From Candidatus Poribacteria bacterium (GTDB taxonomy: Bacteria > Poribacteria > WGA-4E > PCPOR2b): DNA of 64,000 nt. The translations under genes were made by a program, and so were the position numbers. The DNA is taken from NCBI GenBank assembly GCA_965218095.1, contig OZ244587.1, positions 2,048,001-2,112,000 of the forward strand, given 5' to 3'. The number at the start of each line of letters is the position of its first letter. Position 1 is the first letter of the stretch. The notes beneath the pieces were generated by a model, which worked only from the letters and a program-made list of their open reading frames with translations, ran no database searches and was not told the origin of the DNA. Shown here piece after piece: positions 1 to 12,422 of the stretch.

Positions 1-279
1 ATGTTGGATAAGATTGAACTGGAATACGACAAGAAACTGTTCAGACAGAAGCAAGCCGCCGCAAAAGAACTGGAGACACTCTCCAAGCAGTTGCAAGCGG
101 TGGAGGAGAAGTATAAGAAACTCTTAGCAGCCAGGGCAGCCAAGAAGAAGCGCCTGACTGAGGAGTTTATCCGATTACTTCAGGCAGGAAAAACGGACGA
201 GGCGTTGCTGGTGGCGACGATGATCCCCGACATTGACGCGCAGGCCTTGAAGCTTTACCTTGACCTATTTCCGCATTAA
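1..279 (+). CDS. Hypothetical coiled-coil protein, possibly 5'-partial
   Basis: 92-aa K/E/A/L-rich ORF at the window edge; no family motif recognised. Confidence 0.5.
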   Translation: MLDKIELEYDKKLFRQKQAAAKELETLSKQLQAVEEKYKKLLAARAAKKKRLTEEFIRLLQAGKTDEALLVATMIPDIDAQALKLYLDLFPH

Positions 280-512
280 CTCCAACCCGCCGGTGGTTAA
301 ACTCCCTGAGAACCCCTTGAAACCCCCTGAGAAGGGGAGTTAACCTCGACCGCCGCTAGTTGGCAGCGCGTCAAGCGTCACTCCTCCGCAAGTTAGCCGA
401 GAAGCACAAGCAGGAGAAGATGCGAAAGCAGAAATAGGAAGGAAAGTCGAAATGAAATATCTGCTTGATATGCATGTCTTATCGTTGATTTCTCATAAAA
501 GGAGGCTGTTCG

Positions 513-1457
513 ATGACACCCGAAAAGATATTGTCTCACAAACCTGAGGTGCTTACACAGGAGCAACGTCAATTCTACTTTGATAACGGATACCTGCTCG
601 TTGAACACATTGTGCCGCAGGATTGGGTTGAGCGCCTGATCGACGTCACGAACGAAATGGTGCAGCGCAGCCGTTCCCTGAGCAAATCAGACATGGTGTT
701 CGATCTGGAGCCCGGTCACACGGCGGACAATCCGCGTCTTCGCCGGTTGACCAGCCCGGTCGAACATCACCCGACCTATTGGGAATTTGCTTCGCAGTCA
801 ATCATCGCCGACGTGGCGGCCGATCTGGTAGGACCAGACGTGAAATTCCATCACTCCAAATTGAATTTCAAATGGGCAACAGGCGGCGAGGAGGTTAAGT
901 GGCATCAGGACATTACCTACTGGCCACACACCAACTACAGTCCACTCACAATTGGTGTTTATCTTCATGATGTGGGCGATGATCAGGGGCCGCTCGGCGC
1001 TATCCCCGGCAGCCACAAGGGTGAACTCTTCAATCAATACAATACCAGCGATCAATGGGTCGGCTGTCTCAGCGACGAAGACGCCAAACGCATTGATACG
1101 GCGAAGGCCAAGTATGTGACGGGGCCGGCCGGATCCATCACGGTTCATAACTGTCGCGTGATTCATGGCTCGCGGCCAAACCTTTCCGACAGGGGGCGCC
1201 CCCTGCTGCTGAACGTCTATTCGTCAGCCGATGCCTTTACGTACATGGCCAATCCGCTGCCCAGTCGATATGAAGGCACCATTGTGCGGGGAAAACCGGC
1301 ACGCTGGGCGCACCACGATAACCGCCCATGCATGGTTCCCCCAGACTGGTCAGGGGGTTATACATCGCTGTACGCACTGCAGCAGCAAGAGGAGTGGGAT
1401 GAAGACCAGCTTGCAACGGTAGCCAAGCAGACAGCGCAGATTCGAGCAGAACAATGA
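513..1457 (+). CDS. Phytanoyl-CoA dioxygenase (PhyH) family Fe(II)/2OG dioxygenase
   Basis: WHQD (HxD) motif, IPGSH, distal His in VIHGS; GGAGG RBS upstream. Confidence 0.9.
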   Translation: MTPEKILSHKPEVLTQEQRQFYFDNGYLLVEHIVPQDWVERLIDVTNEMVQRSRSLSKSDMVFDLEPGHTADNPRLRRLTSPVEHHPTYWEFASQSIIADVAADLVGPDVKFHHSKLNFKWATGGEEVKWHQDITYWPHTNYSPLTIGVYLHDVGDDQGPLGAIPGSHKGELFNQYNTSDQWVGCLSDEDAKRIDTAKAKYVTGPAGSITVHNCRVIHGSRPNLSDRGRPLLLNVYSSADAFTYMANPLPSRYEGTIVRGKPARWAHHDNRPCMVPPDWSGGYTSLYALQQQEEWDEDQLATVAKQTAQIRAEQ

Positions 1458-1537
1458 TCATCGTGGTGAATGTTGATAGATGCCGCGCATCTCCACCCTA
1501 ACCGTAACCACCAGTTCCCCGGCGAAGGAGGATACTC

Positions 1538-3370
1538 ATGAAGGTTTATAATCCTATGGAAAAGACTGCCCAACGGATTCAACCCCTTCTCCCGCTCCTG
1601 CTAATCTGTCTGGTTGGCGAGGAATTCCTGCCTCAATATAGCCCCGCCCAAACCGACGCCCCCACCTTCGGCCTCAGTTGTCAGGGCGCCCGCTTACACG
1701 ACGTATTGAGCAACCTCGCCACCCAAAAGAGGGTCAATCTCGCGGGACTCGATGTCATCCCGCTGACCCTCACCCTCACAATCAACCTCAACGTGGTGCC
1801 CCTTGAGGCAGGACTATCCGCGCTGTTAGAGCCAAAGGGGTTCACCTTTGAAAAACGGGGCGAGATCTATTTCATTAAACAACCTCCGCCTGAAGATAGA
1901 CGCCTCTCGCTCAACATCTCCGATGGGAAACTCACCCTTGACGCGGACATGACCGACGTGAATCGGGTCATCCGGGCGTTAGCACAAGCCGGCATTAGCA
2001 TGACGAGCGCCGCCAACCTGACAGGTCAGGTCACTGCGCATCTCCAAGATCAACCGCTCGACAAAGCCCTGCCTGTCCTGTTCGTCGACTTCGCCCTACA
2101 GGTCTCGGACGGCATTTACCGGGTTGAACAGCGAGCACCCTTGCAGTACGGAGGCTCGACCTGCCTGATTGCCGACGGACGCTTCTCCGTAACAGCGTGG
2201 AACGCGAGTTTGACTCAACTGCTGGGGGAGTTAGCAGCGCGTGCACAAATCAACCTGTCGATAGTGGGGGATATTGAACGTCAAATCACACTGCGGCTCG
2301 ATAACCGAACCCTTTCGGAGATGCTAACCGATCTGGCGCAGATGACGGGACATACCTATCGCCAAATCAATGACCTCCACTTCTTTGGCAAGCCTGAGAT
2401 TAAAGTGGATGAAGTGAACCCCCTCATCGAACGCAAGACCATCTGGCTAAAACACCTGCAAGCAGAGACAGTGCTCAACCTGCTCCCGACCAACATCCCC
2501 AAGCAAAATATCACCGTCTCCCCGACGCACAATACGGTCACTATTGTCGACTCGCTGCATCTAATCCAAGAGACCGAACAGTTCCTTGCCGAACTGGATA
2601 TCGCCGACGATGCGATTCGGGGTCGCCAAGCGGGAGGGGCGATCGCCATTGATGTGGAGCGCGGCACATAACGGCTGACCGTTGACCTCTTAAACGCCCC
2701 CCGCTTCGATGTGATTCGCCAACTCTCCATCCAGACCGGAATCGATGTGGTTTTCTTAGGCGCGGGTGGAGTGGAGCCGAAGACGACAGCTTCCTCGCCA
2801 GCGGTAGCCCGTCGTCAAAACTCCCAGCCCCAGCCCAGCACATCCGCCGACACCGTGACCCTCCGACGGACCGACGCGACTCTGGAGACCGTTCTATCGG
2901 CACTCTTCTTGGGGTCAAGCTACACATACAGATGGGTCGAAACCGCCCTAGACGAAAAACCGATGCTGGTTATCGGCACGGATCAGGACGCGCCATTCGT
3001 GGAGGAGGAACTGATTGCGCTGAACTATCTGGAGGTGGCAAAAGTGATGGAGTTACTTCCTTCGTCCCTCAATGTGAAGGTCACCCCCCTCCCCGATCGG
3101 AGCGCCTTGCTAGTGGCGGGCACCACAGAGGAAATCGAGGTGTTTCGGGGTATCTCGGAGAGATTGATGTCCCCCAACCGCAGGCGATGATTCAACTCTA
3201 CCTGCTGGAGTTGACCCACGGCAGCCGTGACGAGTTAGGGCTGACCGTCAATGCCGCCGAAAATCGAACCACAATTCAGATAGAGGATGGGGGGGGGGGG
3301 TGAATTTCGACTCGCTGGCGAGTGTCCCCCAAGCGTTCAACGCGAAACTGTCCGCCTTAGTTGAGGAGAA
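1538..3370 (+). pseudogene. Secretin (GspD/PilQ-like, STN and secretin-N repeats), disrupted and truncated
   Basis: Repeated STN/N-domain-like segments (ITLRLDNRTL, IWLKHLQAE, IDVPQPQAMIQLYLLE); in-frame TAA at 2669-2671, frameshift near 3150, G12 tract at 3289-3300; C-terminal secretin barrel missing. Confidence 0.7.
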
Positions 3371-3625
3371 CTTGCGTTTGCATTACACATACCCAAGATC
3401 AGGAAGTTAAAGATCTTTTTGGAGATCTTTCCCCTCCCTGGAAAGCAACTTGGACGTATATCTCTCCAGATGCATGATTCTTGGATTTGCTGCTCCTGTT
3501 TGAATTCACGGGAAACGAGCCAGGCGGTTCCAGAATGAACCTTGCGAAGGTTTTCGTTGAGCTCTTAGAGGGTGTTTGAAAATTCCAGAAAAACCCTTCA
3601 CAAAGTTAACAAGGAGACATCCACA

Positions 3626-4384
3626 ATGAACATGAATCAAGCACTGCACGCGCTCGGCGTCCGGGACGACACGTTATCGGAGGAAGAGAAAAACTTCCTG
3701 GATGTAAACGGCTATCTCCCGCTTGGGACGATTCTAACCCAAGAACAGATCGCGCGTTTAATCTCTCGCTTGGACGAACTGGGGGTGTTGGAAGGAGAAG
3801 ACGCTGGCAAAGAACTCCATCAGGAAGAAGGGACGACGCGGGTGAGTAACCTCGTCAATAAAGATCTGATGTTTGAGATCGGCTTCACGCACCCGCGGGT
3901 GCTAGCCGCCATGAGGCATGTCTTGGGCAGCAGCTTCAAGCTGTCCTCTTTAGACTGTCGGATGGCATTACCCGGGCATGGCCGTCAAGCGTTTCATGCC
4001 GACTGGCGCTCGGGGGTGCAACCGGGCGATTACTACGTTTGCAACTCTATGTGGTTGCTGGATGATTTTACGGCGGAGAATGGCGCGACGCGCGTTGTGC
4101 CGGGGTCGCATCGTAGCAGAGAACACCCCAAAAATGCGATGGAGGACCCAGCGCAACCGCATCCAGAGGAAATTCAAGTAATAGCCCCTGCGGGGACTGT
4201 CGTTATCTTTAATTCGCACATCTGGCATGCTGGCGGGCTGAATCAGACGGACTCACCCCGGCACGGGATGCTTTCCTACTTCTGCCGTCGTGACCAAAAA
4301 CAGTTGACTGATCAGCGCAAATTTCTCCAGCCGGAAACATACGATCGGTTGAGTGAGGCGGCGCGGTTTATTCTGGGGGTTTGA
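3626..4384 (+). CDS. Phytanoyl-CoA dioxygenase (PhyH) family protein
   Basis: FHAD, DDFTAENGATRVVPGSH, WHAGG; ATG 3626 follows AAGGAG. Confidence 0.9.
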   Translation: MNMNQALHALGVRDDTLSEEEKNFLDVNGYLPLGTILTQEQIARLISRLDELGVLEGEDAGKELHQEEGTTRVSNLVNKDLMFEIGFTHPRVLAAMRHVLGSSFKLSSLDCRMALPGHGRQAFHADWRSGVQPGDYYVCNSMWLLDDFTAENGATRVVPGSHRSREHPKNAMEDPAQPHPEEIQVIAPAGTVVIFNSHIWHAGGLNQTDSPRHGMLSYFCRRDQKQLTDQRKFLQPETYDRLSEAARFILGV

Positions 4385-4501
4385 AGGTTCGGCAGCCTAT
4401 ATGCGCCGGAAGATAAGCTGGAGAACCGGAAAGTACGAACACGATCGGAGCTGTTGGGTAAAAACTGCTGATAAGGAATAAAGCAAAGAGAGGAAAAGCT
4501 G

Positions 4502-5395
4502 ATGAGTGTTATGATACAAGACAAGATCATTGATGCGCACATTCATGTTTGGACATCTGATTTTGAAAATTATCCACTGGCGCCCGGTTTCGATAAGAGT
4601 GACCTGTGGCTGCCATCCTTTACACCTGACGAATATCTTCAATACAGCCGATTAGTTAGAAATGTGCGGATAAATCTGGTGCAGATGACCTGGTACGGTC
4701 TCGACCACAGTTACATTCTAGATCTCATCGCGGCGGCCCCAGATACCTTTGTCGGAACAGGCATCGTACCAGCGGTGATAGATGTGTCGCTTGCCAGCCC
4801 GGATAAAACGATGATAGCGTTGTCTCGTCGGGGGGTGTATGCCTTCCGCGTGCGTGGGGGGCACGCACGTATGCCCATAGGCGATGTCGCGCGATGGCTC
4901 AACTATCCGGGGTACGAGAAAATGTTTGCAGCGGGCGCAGAACACAATCTCGCCCTGAGCTTTCTGATGGGCATTCACGATTTGCCGGATTTAGACCGAA
5001 TGTGTACCCGCTTTCCTGAAACACCAGTGATTCTCGATCATGTCTGCGGGGTCAGGATCAAAGATGGCGTCTTCCCTGAGGAAGCGCTTGAGACGCTCTG
5101 CCGGATGGCAAGGCATAAGCGCGTGATGGTGAAACTTGGCTCCTTTCATACTTTGGGGGACGGTAAGCCTCCCTATCTGGATCTGCTCCCGTTGATTCGG
5201 CGGGTGGTTGATGCCTTTGGTCCGGAGCGGTGCATGTGGGAAAGCGATAGCGGGGGACCCGTAACAATGAGCGACCCGCAGACTGACTATCCGGCGGCAA
5301 TTGCGCTTATCCGTGATCACGCTGACTTTTTAAGCGACTCGGAGGTGGAACAGATCCTCTTCAAGACCGCGGAAGATTTCTTCTTTAACCGATAA
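4502..5395 (+). CDS. Amidohydrolase_2 family protein
   Basis: IIDAHIHVW, VILDH, FGPERCMWESD motifs. Confidence 0.85.
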   Translation: MSVMIQDKIIDAHIHVWTSDFENYPLAPGFDKSDLWLPSFTPDEYLQYSRLVRNVRINLVQMTWYGLDHSYILDLIAAAPDTFVGTGIVPAVIDVSLASPDKTMIALSRRGVYAFRVRGGHARMPIGDVARWLNYPGYEKMFAAGAEHNLALSFLMGIHDLPDLDRMCTRFPETPVILDHVCGVRIKDGVFPEEALETLCRMARHKRVMVKLGSFHTLGDGKPPYLDLLPLIRRVVDAFGPERCMWESDSGGPVTMSDPQTDYPAAIALIRDHADFLSDSEVEQILFKTAEDFFFNR

Positions 5396-5738
5396 GGGGT
5401 CTGCAAGTCTCTTTACCGGAGCACTGACGCACGGAACCGCGGACTGGAAGGGAAAGCACAAGTAACGTTCACCGCTATATAAATATTGCCAGTCGCAGGT
5501 GGCGTGGTCCAGACGGCGGGTAAAACCTCCAACAACTGTTGAGTTGACGCCTCGCCAGAAGATTCTCTTTGAAGAACCCTCGAATCCAGGAAATTTCTTC
5601 CCTTCTCTTTTTGCCCCTGAGTTTGTGGGAAACAACTGATCCTAATTTGACAGGGCAACATTTCACGACGATCGAACGGCGGTTTGGAGCTTCCATTGAG
5701 GCGTATTCTGGTTAGATGGATGCAAAAAGGAGAAGTAT

Positions 5739-6642
5739 ATGGTCAATACAGGAAGCCAATACGTTAACCCCGACAGGGTGGTGCTGGGGGAATGCACCCG
5801 AAAGGAGATTCGGGAAGCATTGCAGCGTGGAAAATTGAAAGCCACCATTATCCCCATTGGCACCACCGAGCAGCATAATGAACACCTGCGCCCTGAACCT
5901 GGATATCGTCCTGTCCACGTTTATCTCTCAGCAGGCTGCGCTGCAACTCTACCCACAGGTCACTGTTGCCCCGCCCTATCCGGTAGACTACTCCCCCTAT
6001 CACATGGCGCGAAAGGGCACCCTGACGCTGCGTAAGGAAACGTTGCAGGCGTACATATTCGACGTAATGGAAAGCTTGAAGACCCACAGCATTCGCACCG
6101 TTTTGGTTGTGAACGGTCATGGCGGCAATCACGGATTGCTTCAGGACGTTCTGCCGGCGTAGCGGCGAGAACTGGGTGCCACCCTGGACGAGGATTCGTA
6201 CTGGATGGGACTCACGGACGAGGACCGGGAAACCATCCTCCAGGGCTACCGAGATCTCAAAGCCGGTAAGCTGGACACAGTAGCACGGCAAACTGCTTTG
6301 AACCATGCTTCAGAGGAGGAGACCTCCGTGATGTTGGCGGCTTTCCCACAGCGGGTACGCGCCTTTACCATGGAAGCGTATGACGCCGCCGGCTTGGACT
6401 ACGCACATAATCTATCACCTGAAGTTGAGGCCTATCTCGAACCTTTCTCGAAGGAGGGTTGGCCACAGGGGGGACCGAATCCGGAAAACCCTCGTGACCG
6501 TGCCCGTCAGGAAAACGCTTTGCTTACCACCGTAGAAAAAGGCGAAGCGCTAATCTCCATCTACACTCAATTCATAGCCGGCAAATTGCAGAAAATGATC
6601 GATGCAACAGAAAACGGACTTCTCTGGCCCCCGGCTGAGTAA
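5739..6642 (+). pseudogene. Creatininase family protein, disrupted
   Basis: IPIGTTEQHNEHL, VNGHGGN and HASEEETS are spread over three ORF pieces; frameshift near 5890 and TAG at 6160-6162. Confidence 0.8.
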
Positions 6643-6718
6643 GGAACCACCAATGAACGCGACTTTAATAGAAGTACGGCACGTCCAGCGTTGCACGAAA
6701 TCCTATAGGAGGTAAAAG

Positions 6719-7586
6719 ATGAAATACAGAATAATGGGAAGAGCCGGGGGGCAGGTTAGCGAAGTCAGTCTGGGCGGTGCCTACCTGATGGGGAGCGCCC
6801 CGGATCGCGCCCAGGAAAATGCCACTGAAGTCGTTCAGCGTGCGTTCGAACTGGGAATTAATTACATTGACACAGCCCCCCTGTATGGCAGGAGTGAAGA
6901 GCTGTTGGGCGGCACCCTTGAAAGCGTGGCTCAACACTTTATATGTCGCCACCAAAGTCGGCTATGATCCGGAGGACTTTGACTACCGTCGGGACAGCGT
7001 CCTCTGGAGTCTCGAACGAAGCCTGAAACGGCTGCGCGTTCCGAAGCTATCAATTGCGCAGATCCATGAGGTCAATATGGCAGGCTGGGAGCGTATCATG
7101 GAGCCGGGAGGTACGCTGGAAGGCTTGAGGGAAGCGCAGAAACAGGGGCTGTGCGAAAGAATCGGCGTTACGGGTCGGGCCATCCCGCTCCTGGCAAGAC
7201 TTGCAGGAACTGGTGAGTTCGACACAATGTTAGTTTACCACGACTATCACCCATACTCGCAAAAGGCAGCAGAAATGGTCATCCCGTCAGCCGCCGCGCA
7301 AAAGATGGGAATTGTTATCGCTACCGTATTGGCTGGCGGCCTGTTTGCCGACGCAACCCGGCGTGTGAAGGCATTGGCGGCAATATCAGATGACGATGAA
7401 CGAGAAAGCGCCCGTCGCATCATCGAACGGCTACAGGGTGAGCCCGGCACAGTGGCGCAAAATGCCTTCCGGTACGTCCTTGCCGATTCAAGGTCCACCA
7501 CGATTGTTAGCGGCGCGGCCAATGTCGCCGAGCTTGAAGATGTTGCTCAGGCGCCGGAAATGGGCTCGTTACACAGCTTCGCATAG
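6719..7586 (+). pseudogene. Aldo/keto reductase, frameshifted
   Basis: GINYIDTAPLYG in ORF 6719-6967; YVATKVG and SLERSLKRL in ORF 6819-7586; frameshift near 6935. Confidence 0.8.
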
Positions 7587-8434
7587 ATCCGAAAACGCGA
7601 ATCGGACAGAACCTGATATTTGTCCACAAAGAAGTCTGTCGAGTATTTACCAGGTGCATTTGGTCAGAGACCGTCTGCTCGACTTCATGCACGTCCACAT
7701 TTCTCAAATAGATGGTCTGCCCCCGGGGCGCAAGCTCGCGGCAAAGCATCCAACAGGGACAATCACATTTATAGCAATCCGCTGTACATTTTTCGGTCTT
7801 CAATGTTTCCTCGTTTCTGATTGATTCGTTCACGATGAATACCAAAAAAACACCTGCGAAGTTATTGTGGGTGTTTTTTCTTTTCCCTTCCTTTTATCTT
7901 CTTCGTGGGTTATAATTCCACTCACTAGTCCACCCAAACAGCGTCAAATGTTAAATTTGATCCCAAGCGCAGTAATTGTGTGAGAAATCGTCAAGCGACG
8001 TGTCCGCAAATAGGCACTATTCTACACACCAAGAGAAGAATACAGACATCGTAGGTTTCGCCTGTATTTACGGGCATATTGAGAACGTCCGTACGCGTCA
8101 AATCCTTCCCTCATATGACTCCTGACCAAACCCATGATTTTTGACGCTTACTCCTTGATTGGTAGCTCTGCACTTAAGTGTGGAGTTGTGGCATCCGCCT
8201 TCATCGCGGGCATTCGATTCAGACCACTGTCGGACACGAACTTGGTAAGCCCTTGTCATCACAGCATTTGTGTGTCCGACACTTGTCCGACAAAGGTGAA
8301 TTGATCCCCGCTTTTGGGTTGGATGACGGCCGCCACACTTTAATGTGGTGCTACCCCTTGATTTTCGTCCAGAGTTATCGGCTCTTTTTTCTGAACCTTT
8401 TCATCTTGAGATTCGCCTTTAGTTATTAAAGGGG

Positions 8435-9804
8435 GTGAATCCGTTGGTAGAATCCGATGATGTAATATTAGCTCGCCGCAGTGCGAAAGGCGATGAGCAA
8501 GCCTTTTCCCAACTCGTACGTCGTTACGAGCGTCAGTTGGTAACACTCATACGCTATCTTCTAGGTAACGCTGAACACGCGGAGGATGTTTTGCAAGAGA
8601 CGCTCGTGCAGGCGTGGATAGGTATCCATCGATTGCGCGAGCCAAGCCAATTCGGCGCATGGCTGTTACAGATAGCTCGAAATCGCTGCCGCGACTTCCA
8701 CAGAAGTGTCCAATGGCAAGGGGAACCTACAGAGTTAGGCGTATTAGAGGAGATGGTCAATCGATTCGGGTATCAGTCGATTGGTCAACGTCGAATTATA
8801 GCGCAGGTGACAGACGCCCTCGAAGAAGTACCGTCCACTGAACGTGAGGTAGCACGGCAATTCTACCTTGAAGGATTTACCATTGCCGAAATTGCCGCAC
8901 GCAATCGTCGTCCAGAAGGAACAGTCAAACGACAATTGTTTTTTGCTAGGAACCACTTGCGTCAAACACTTAGAATTGTACATAAGCAAAGGAGCAGTGA
9001 GATGATTACACGCAAACGAGGGTCGAAAAAGCAGCCATTCCCTATTCAACACCCAGAAATTGTCATCACGGAAATTGAGGCAGAGCCTTTTTCAGTGGAT
9101 TGTCCCGAACTTCGATGGTGGTTCATCGTGCCCAAAATCGGCGAGCGAGTGCTGTATGGGACCTATGACCCGACAGCTTGGAAACTCACCGAAGTCCATG
9201 AGATACAGGTGGTCAGACCCGGCCGCGTGCATGATTTGGACGGGGTTGAGATTGACATTCACACATGGAATCCCCAAACCGGCTGGCTACCGTCAGCGTG
9301 GCAGATATACGGCCGGTTGACCGAAGAGAAGGCGGAGTATTTGGCGGTGTCACAACTTCACGATGGCAAAAGTTTTTGTACACCTTCCTCGACAAAGACT
9401 TCGATTTCGACTGGGGGCAGATGCCTCGAAAGTTGGAAGACCAGGGGCGTTTCGTGCCCCAAGCGGATGGTTCGCTCAAGCAGGTACATAGTGTTGACAA
9501 CATGGAAGCCAGCGGAGCGGGTGTTTTCTCCGTCACGGTGGGTGAAAGGCACTTTACCTGCCTCCGCGTATTTGAGTTGAATGGACCTGCCACAGAACTT
9601 GATGCGCCAATCACTGAAAGCTACGTAACTGAGGCGGGGCGCACCGTGCTGGTCCGGCATTTCTGTCACCCGGAGAAGGCAATACGTGATGACCAGGGGA
9701 ACCGGGAAGGCGTCGTCGTTGATAAAGAGGTGCAAATTGTTATTGATGGTGTCACCTTTGTTCACTGGTATGATAGCTTTTCTAACTTGGCATTTGGATT
9801 TTAG
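8435..9804 (+). pseudogene. ECF sigma-70 factor with long C-terminal extension, frameshifted near 9370
   Basis: Sigma2 (AEDVLQETLVQAW, FGAWLLQIARN) and sigma4 (IAEIAA..PEGTVKRQLFFAR); extension continues in ORF 9265-9804. Confidence 0.8.
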
Positions 9805-10446
9805 CAAGGCGGGGCATGCCTCGCCTCTACTGGTACTTCTCCATATGGAGAGTCCGGATGGAGAGTCCGGCAGGACGCCCAAAGCCTGTCTTCAGTTTGA
9901 CAATGCCACTAATTCTGCGATCCATCCGCGTTAAGCACGTCGTAGCCGACACAACTAGCGTGGAAAATGACAATGCGTTGGGGGCATCGGAAACGGGTAA
10001 TTCGGCCTGTATGAGATCTGGCGGAAGTGGTACGTTTGGGGTAGCGATTTTCGGAGGGTTTAGTGGGATGCGTCTAGCGGGCGTGCAGAGATTCCTACTT
10101 GTGAGCTCAGGTGTGGCTTGAGGAGAGGATGTGAGCGTTCTATCGATTATGTTTATCGTTCTCGGCTGCACTTGGTCGCGCTCGATTGCGATATACCTGT
10201 CTGATGCAGGGCTTGGCCTAACGATATACCCCACGATCCTAGCGATCTCGCCCCTCATTCCGGGTCTGGGTGGTTTCTGCCAAGGAGCGAAGAATCTCCT
10301 CGTTAAGGTGCAAGAGATCCTTCACTTCGTTCAGGTTGACGGGAGAAGCGCGCGTTTTACTCGCTATAAGTTCAGTTGAGCGCCCGAAACGGTCAAGAGT
10401 TTCGGTTCAAATTGTACTTATTGGTGCAAGCAGGACATTGCCATTC

Positions 10447-11040
10447 CTACTTCCGATAAATCGTCACCTCCATCGCATCCCGTTTGACCCAGGGCAGATC
10501 TGTATCAAACCAGTGGGCCTGACTCTCGTAATGAGAACGTACATGATTGAGATAATCCGCCATCCCCGCTGCACCAATTCCCACGTTATCCGCAACAACA
10601 GTTGCCCCGTCAATGAAGCGCGATTCAATTGCTCGAAAGCAGGGAAAGTAGTTGCTGTAGTTATTGTCGAGCAGCAGGAAATCGATAGGCTCATCAATGG
10701 TTTTCAGTACTGCTGTGGCATCTCCGATTCGCGAATCGACCAGATCGCTGAAACCGGCGCGTGCAAAGTTTTCCTGCGCCTCACGGGCACGGTCAGCGTT
10801 AACCTCAATGGTGATTAACCTGCCTCTGCCGGCGGTTTTGAGTTTGGCAACCATCCAGAGCCCCGAATAGCCAATCGCAGTGCCACATTCAACAATCAAC
10901 GATGGCTGCGCTTTTCCGACAAAATTCGCGAGGAATTCTGCCTTTTCAGGTCCCAGCATCGGAATATGCTGTTCCCGGCAACGTTGATCTACTTCCTGTA
11001 ATACCTGATCAAATGGAGTCATTGGCGTTCCTTTCTTCAC
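10447..11040 (-). CDS. SAM-dependent O-methyltransferase (caffeoyl-CoA OMT-like)
   Basis: VECGTAIGYSG, IDFLLLD, VVADNV motifs. Confidence 0.85.
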   Translation of the reverse strand: MKKGTPMTPFDQVLQEVDQRCREQHIPMLGPEKAEFLANFVGKAQPSLIVECGTAIGYSGLWMVAKLKTAGRGRLITIEVNADRAREAQENFARAGFSDLVDSRIGDATAVLKTIDEPIDFLLLDNNYSNYFPCFRAIESRFIDGATVVADNVGIGAAGMADYLNHVRSHYESQAHWFDTDLPWVKRDAMEVTIYRK

Positions 11041-11055
11041 CTGAAAGAAGTGTCC

Positions 11056-12335
11056 CTAAAGGCGATCCACGGCGTAAGTATTTAGCAGTTTCTCGTCAAC
11101 CTCCACGCCGAATCCGGGTTTGTCGTCCAACGCAAAGAAGCCGTCGCGGGGGGTGGGACGCAAGCGGAGGTAAAGTTCATTCTCAGGGGCTTGGCGTGAG
11201 GGGCCGAAGGTTTCTGCCCGACACGGCATCGGTAGGCAGGCAATCAGGTGTAAACCCCAGGGCGTCCCACCCTGATGGGGCCAAGTCGGGATGCCTTGCG
11301 CTGCCGCTTCGTTGGCAATCTTGAGACACTCGCCGAAGCCACCCGCCCAACTGATGTCGGGTTGAATCATGTCAGCAACTTTCCAGCGCAGCAGTTCACA
11401 GAATCCGTAACGGGTAAATTCATGTTCGCCGGAAACGATCCAAGTGGAATGAATCTCCCGAACGAGTCTTCCCATGCCTTCATAGTCATCCAGAGCAATT
11501 GGTTCCTCGATCCACTTGAGATTGACATCGGCGGCAACTTCGGCGAAACGGAGCGTGTAATCCACGTCCCATCGAAGATAGATGTCCGTCATCAGTTCTA
11601 TATCAGATCCGACCGCCTGACGTGCTTTGTGTATGTTGTCGAGATTCTGTGCAAACCCTTCCTCGCCCTGGAGAGGTCCGTTTCGGAGGGGATGCTTACA
11701 GGCTGTAAATCCGTGGGTCACGTAATATTCCACATCTGCGCCGGTGGCATACGCTGGTATCTTGACCGTGGCTCATCCGTAATCAAGTTATAGGCTGGTG
11801 CGTCCAGAATCTTGCCACAGAGATCCCACAGGGCGAGGTCGATACCGCTTAACGCATAAATGACAATCCCCCGTCGTCCGTAAATCGACGTGATGTGATA
11901 GAGGCTGTCCCAGATCTCCTCCACATCAAGTGGGTCACGGTCCAGCACGAAATACTTGATATGGCGGTCAATGATGAGCGCCCCGGCAAGACCGCCACCG
12001 CCAAGTCCATAGCCCTTTAGTCCTTTGTCGGTTGTGATTTCTACCATAAGCGCCCCCGCTTGCGTGGCAAAGGGGCCACGCCAGTCAACGTGCGCCTTTT
12101 CTGGCATAGGCAGCGTCTGACGGTGTTTGTCTCCCTGGGAAAAGGCCATTGATACCATGGCGGCAGGATTCAGGTTGATATGCCAGGTCCGAATCCCCAC
12201 AATTTTGTGGCGTGTTTTCGCCCGATCCTTCCACTCAGCAGCACGAGACTGTACTTCTGCAATGAGATTAGCAGATTTGGCTGCGATGTTCGCTTCGCTC
12301 TCAGAGTCAGTGGGAAGTTGTTGTTTGTAGAACAT
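11056..12335 (-). pseudogene. Mandelate racemase/muconate lactonizing (enolase superfamily) sugar-acid dehydratase, frameshifted near 11730
   Basis: ALSGIDLALWDL in the N-terminal ORF; LMTD, WIEEP, SGEHE, IQPD in the C-terminal ORF. Confidence 0.8.
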
Positions 12336-12422
12336 AATGTAATTCTCCGTTTACCTTTTGAGCGGGAGGCATACAACCTTGCAAAAATTCCAAACCTTCG
12401 CAAGGGTTAAATTGGATTCTCC

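Noticed and set aside
2669-6162. Stop-codon recoding in the secretin (TAA 2669) and creatininase (TAG 6160) genes
   Set aside because: The stops are not at catalytic motif positions and both genes also carry frameshifts; ordinary pseudogene lesions.
7507-8429. Short ORFs between the AKR and ECF genes
   Set aside because: No recognisable family or RBS support; probably remnants or spurious.
9816-10379. Overlapping Pro-rich ORFs downstream of the ECF gene
   Set aside because: Conflicting frames and no motif; at best a gene remnant.
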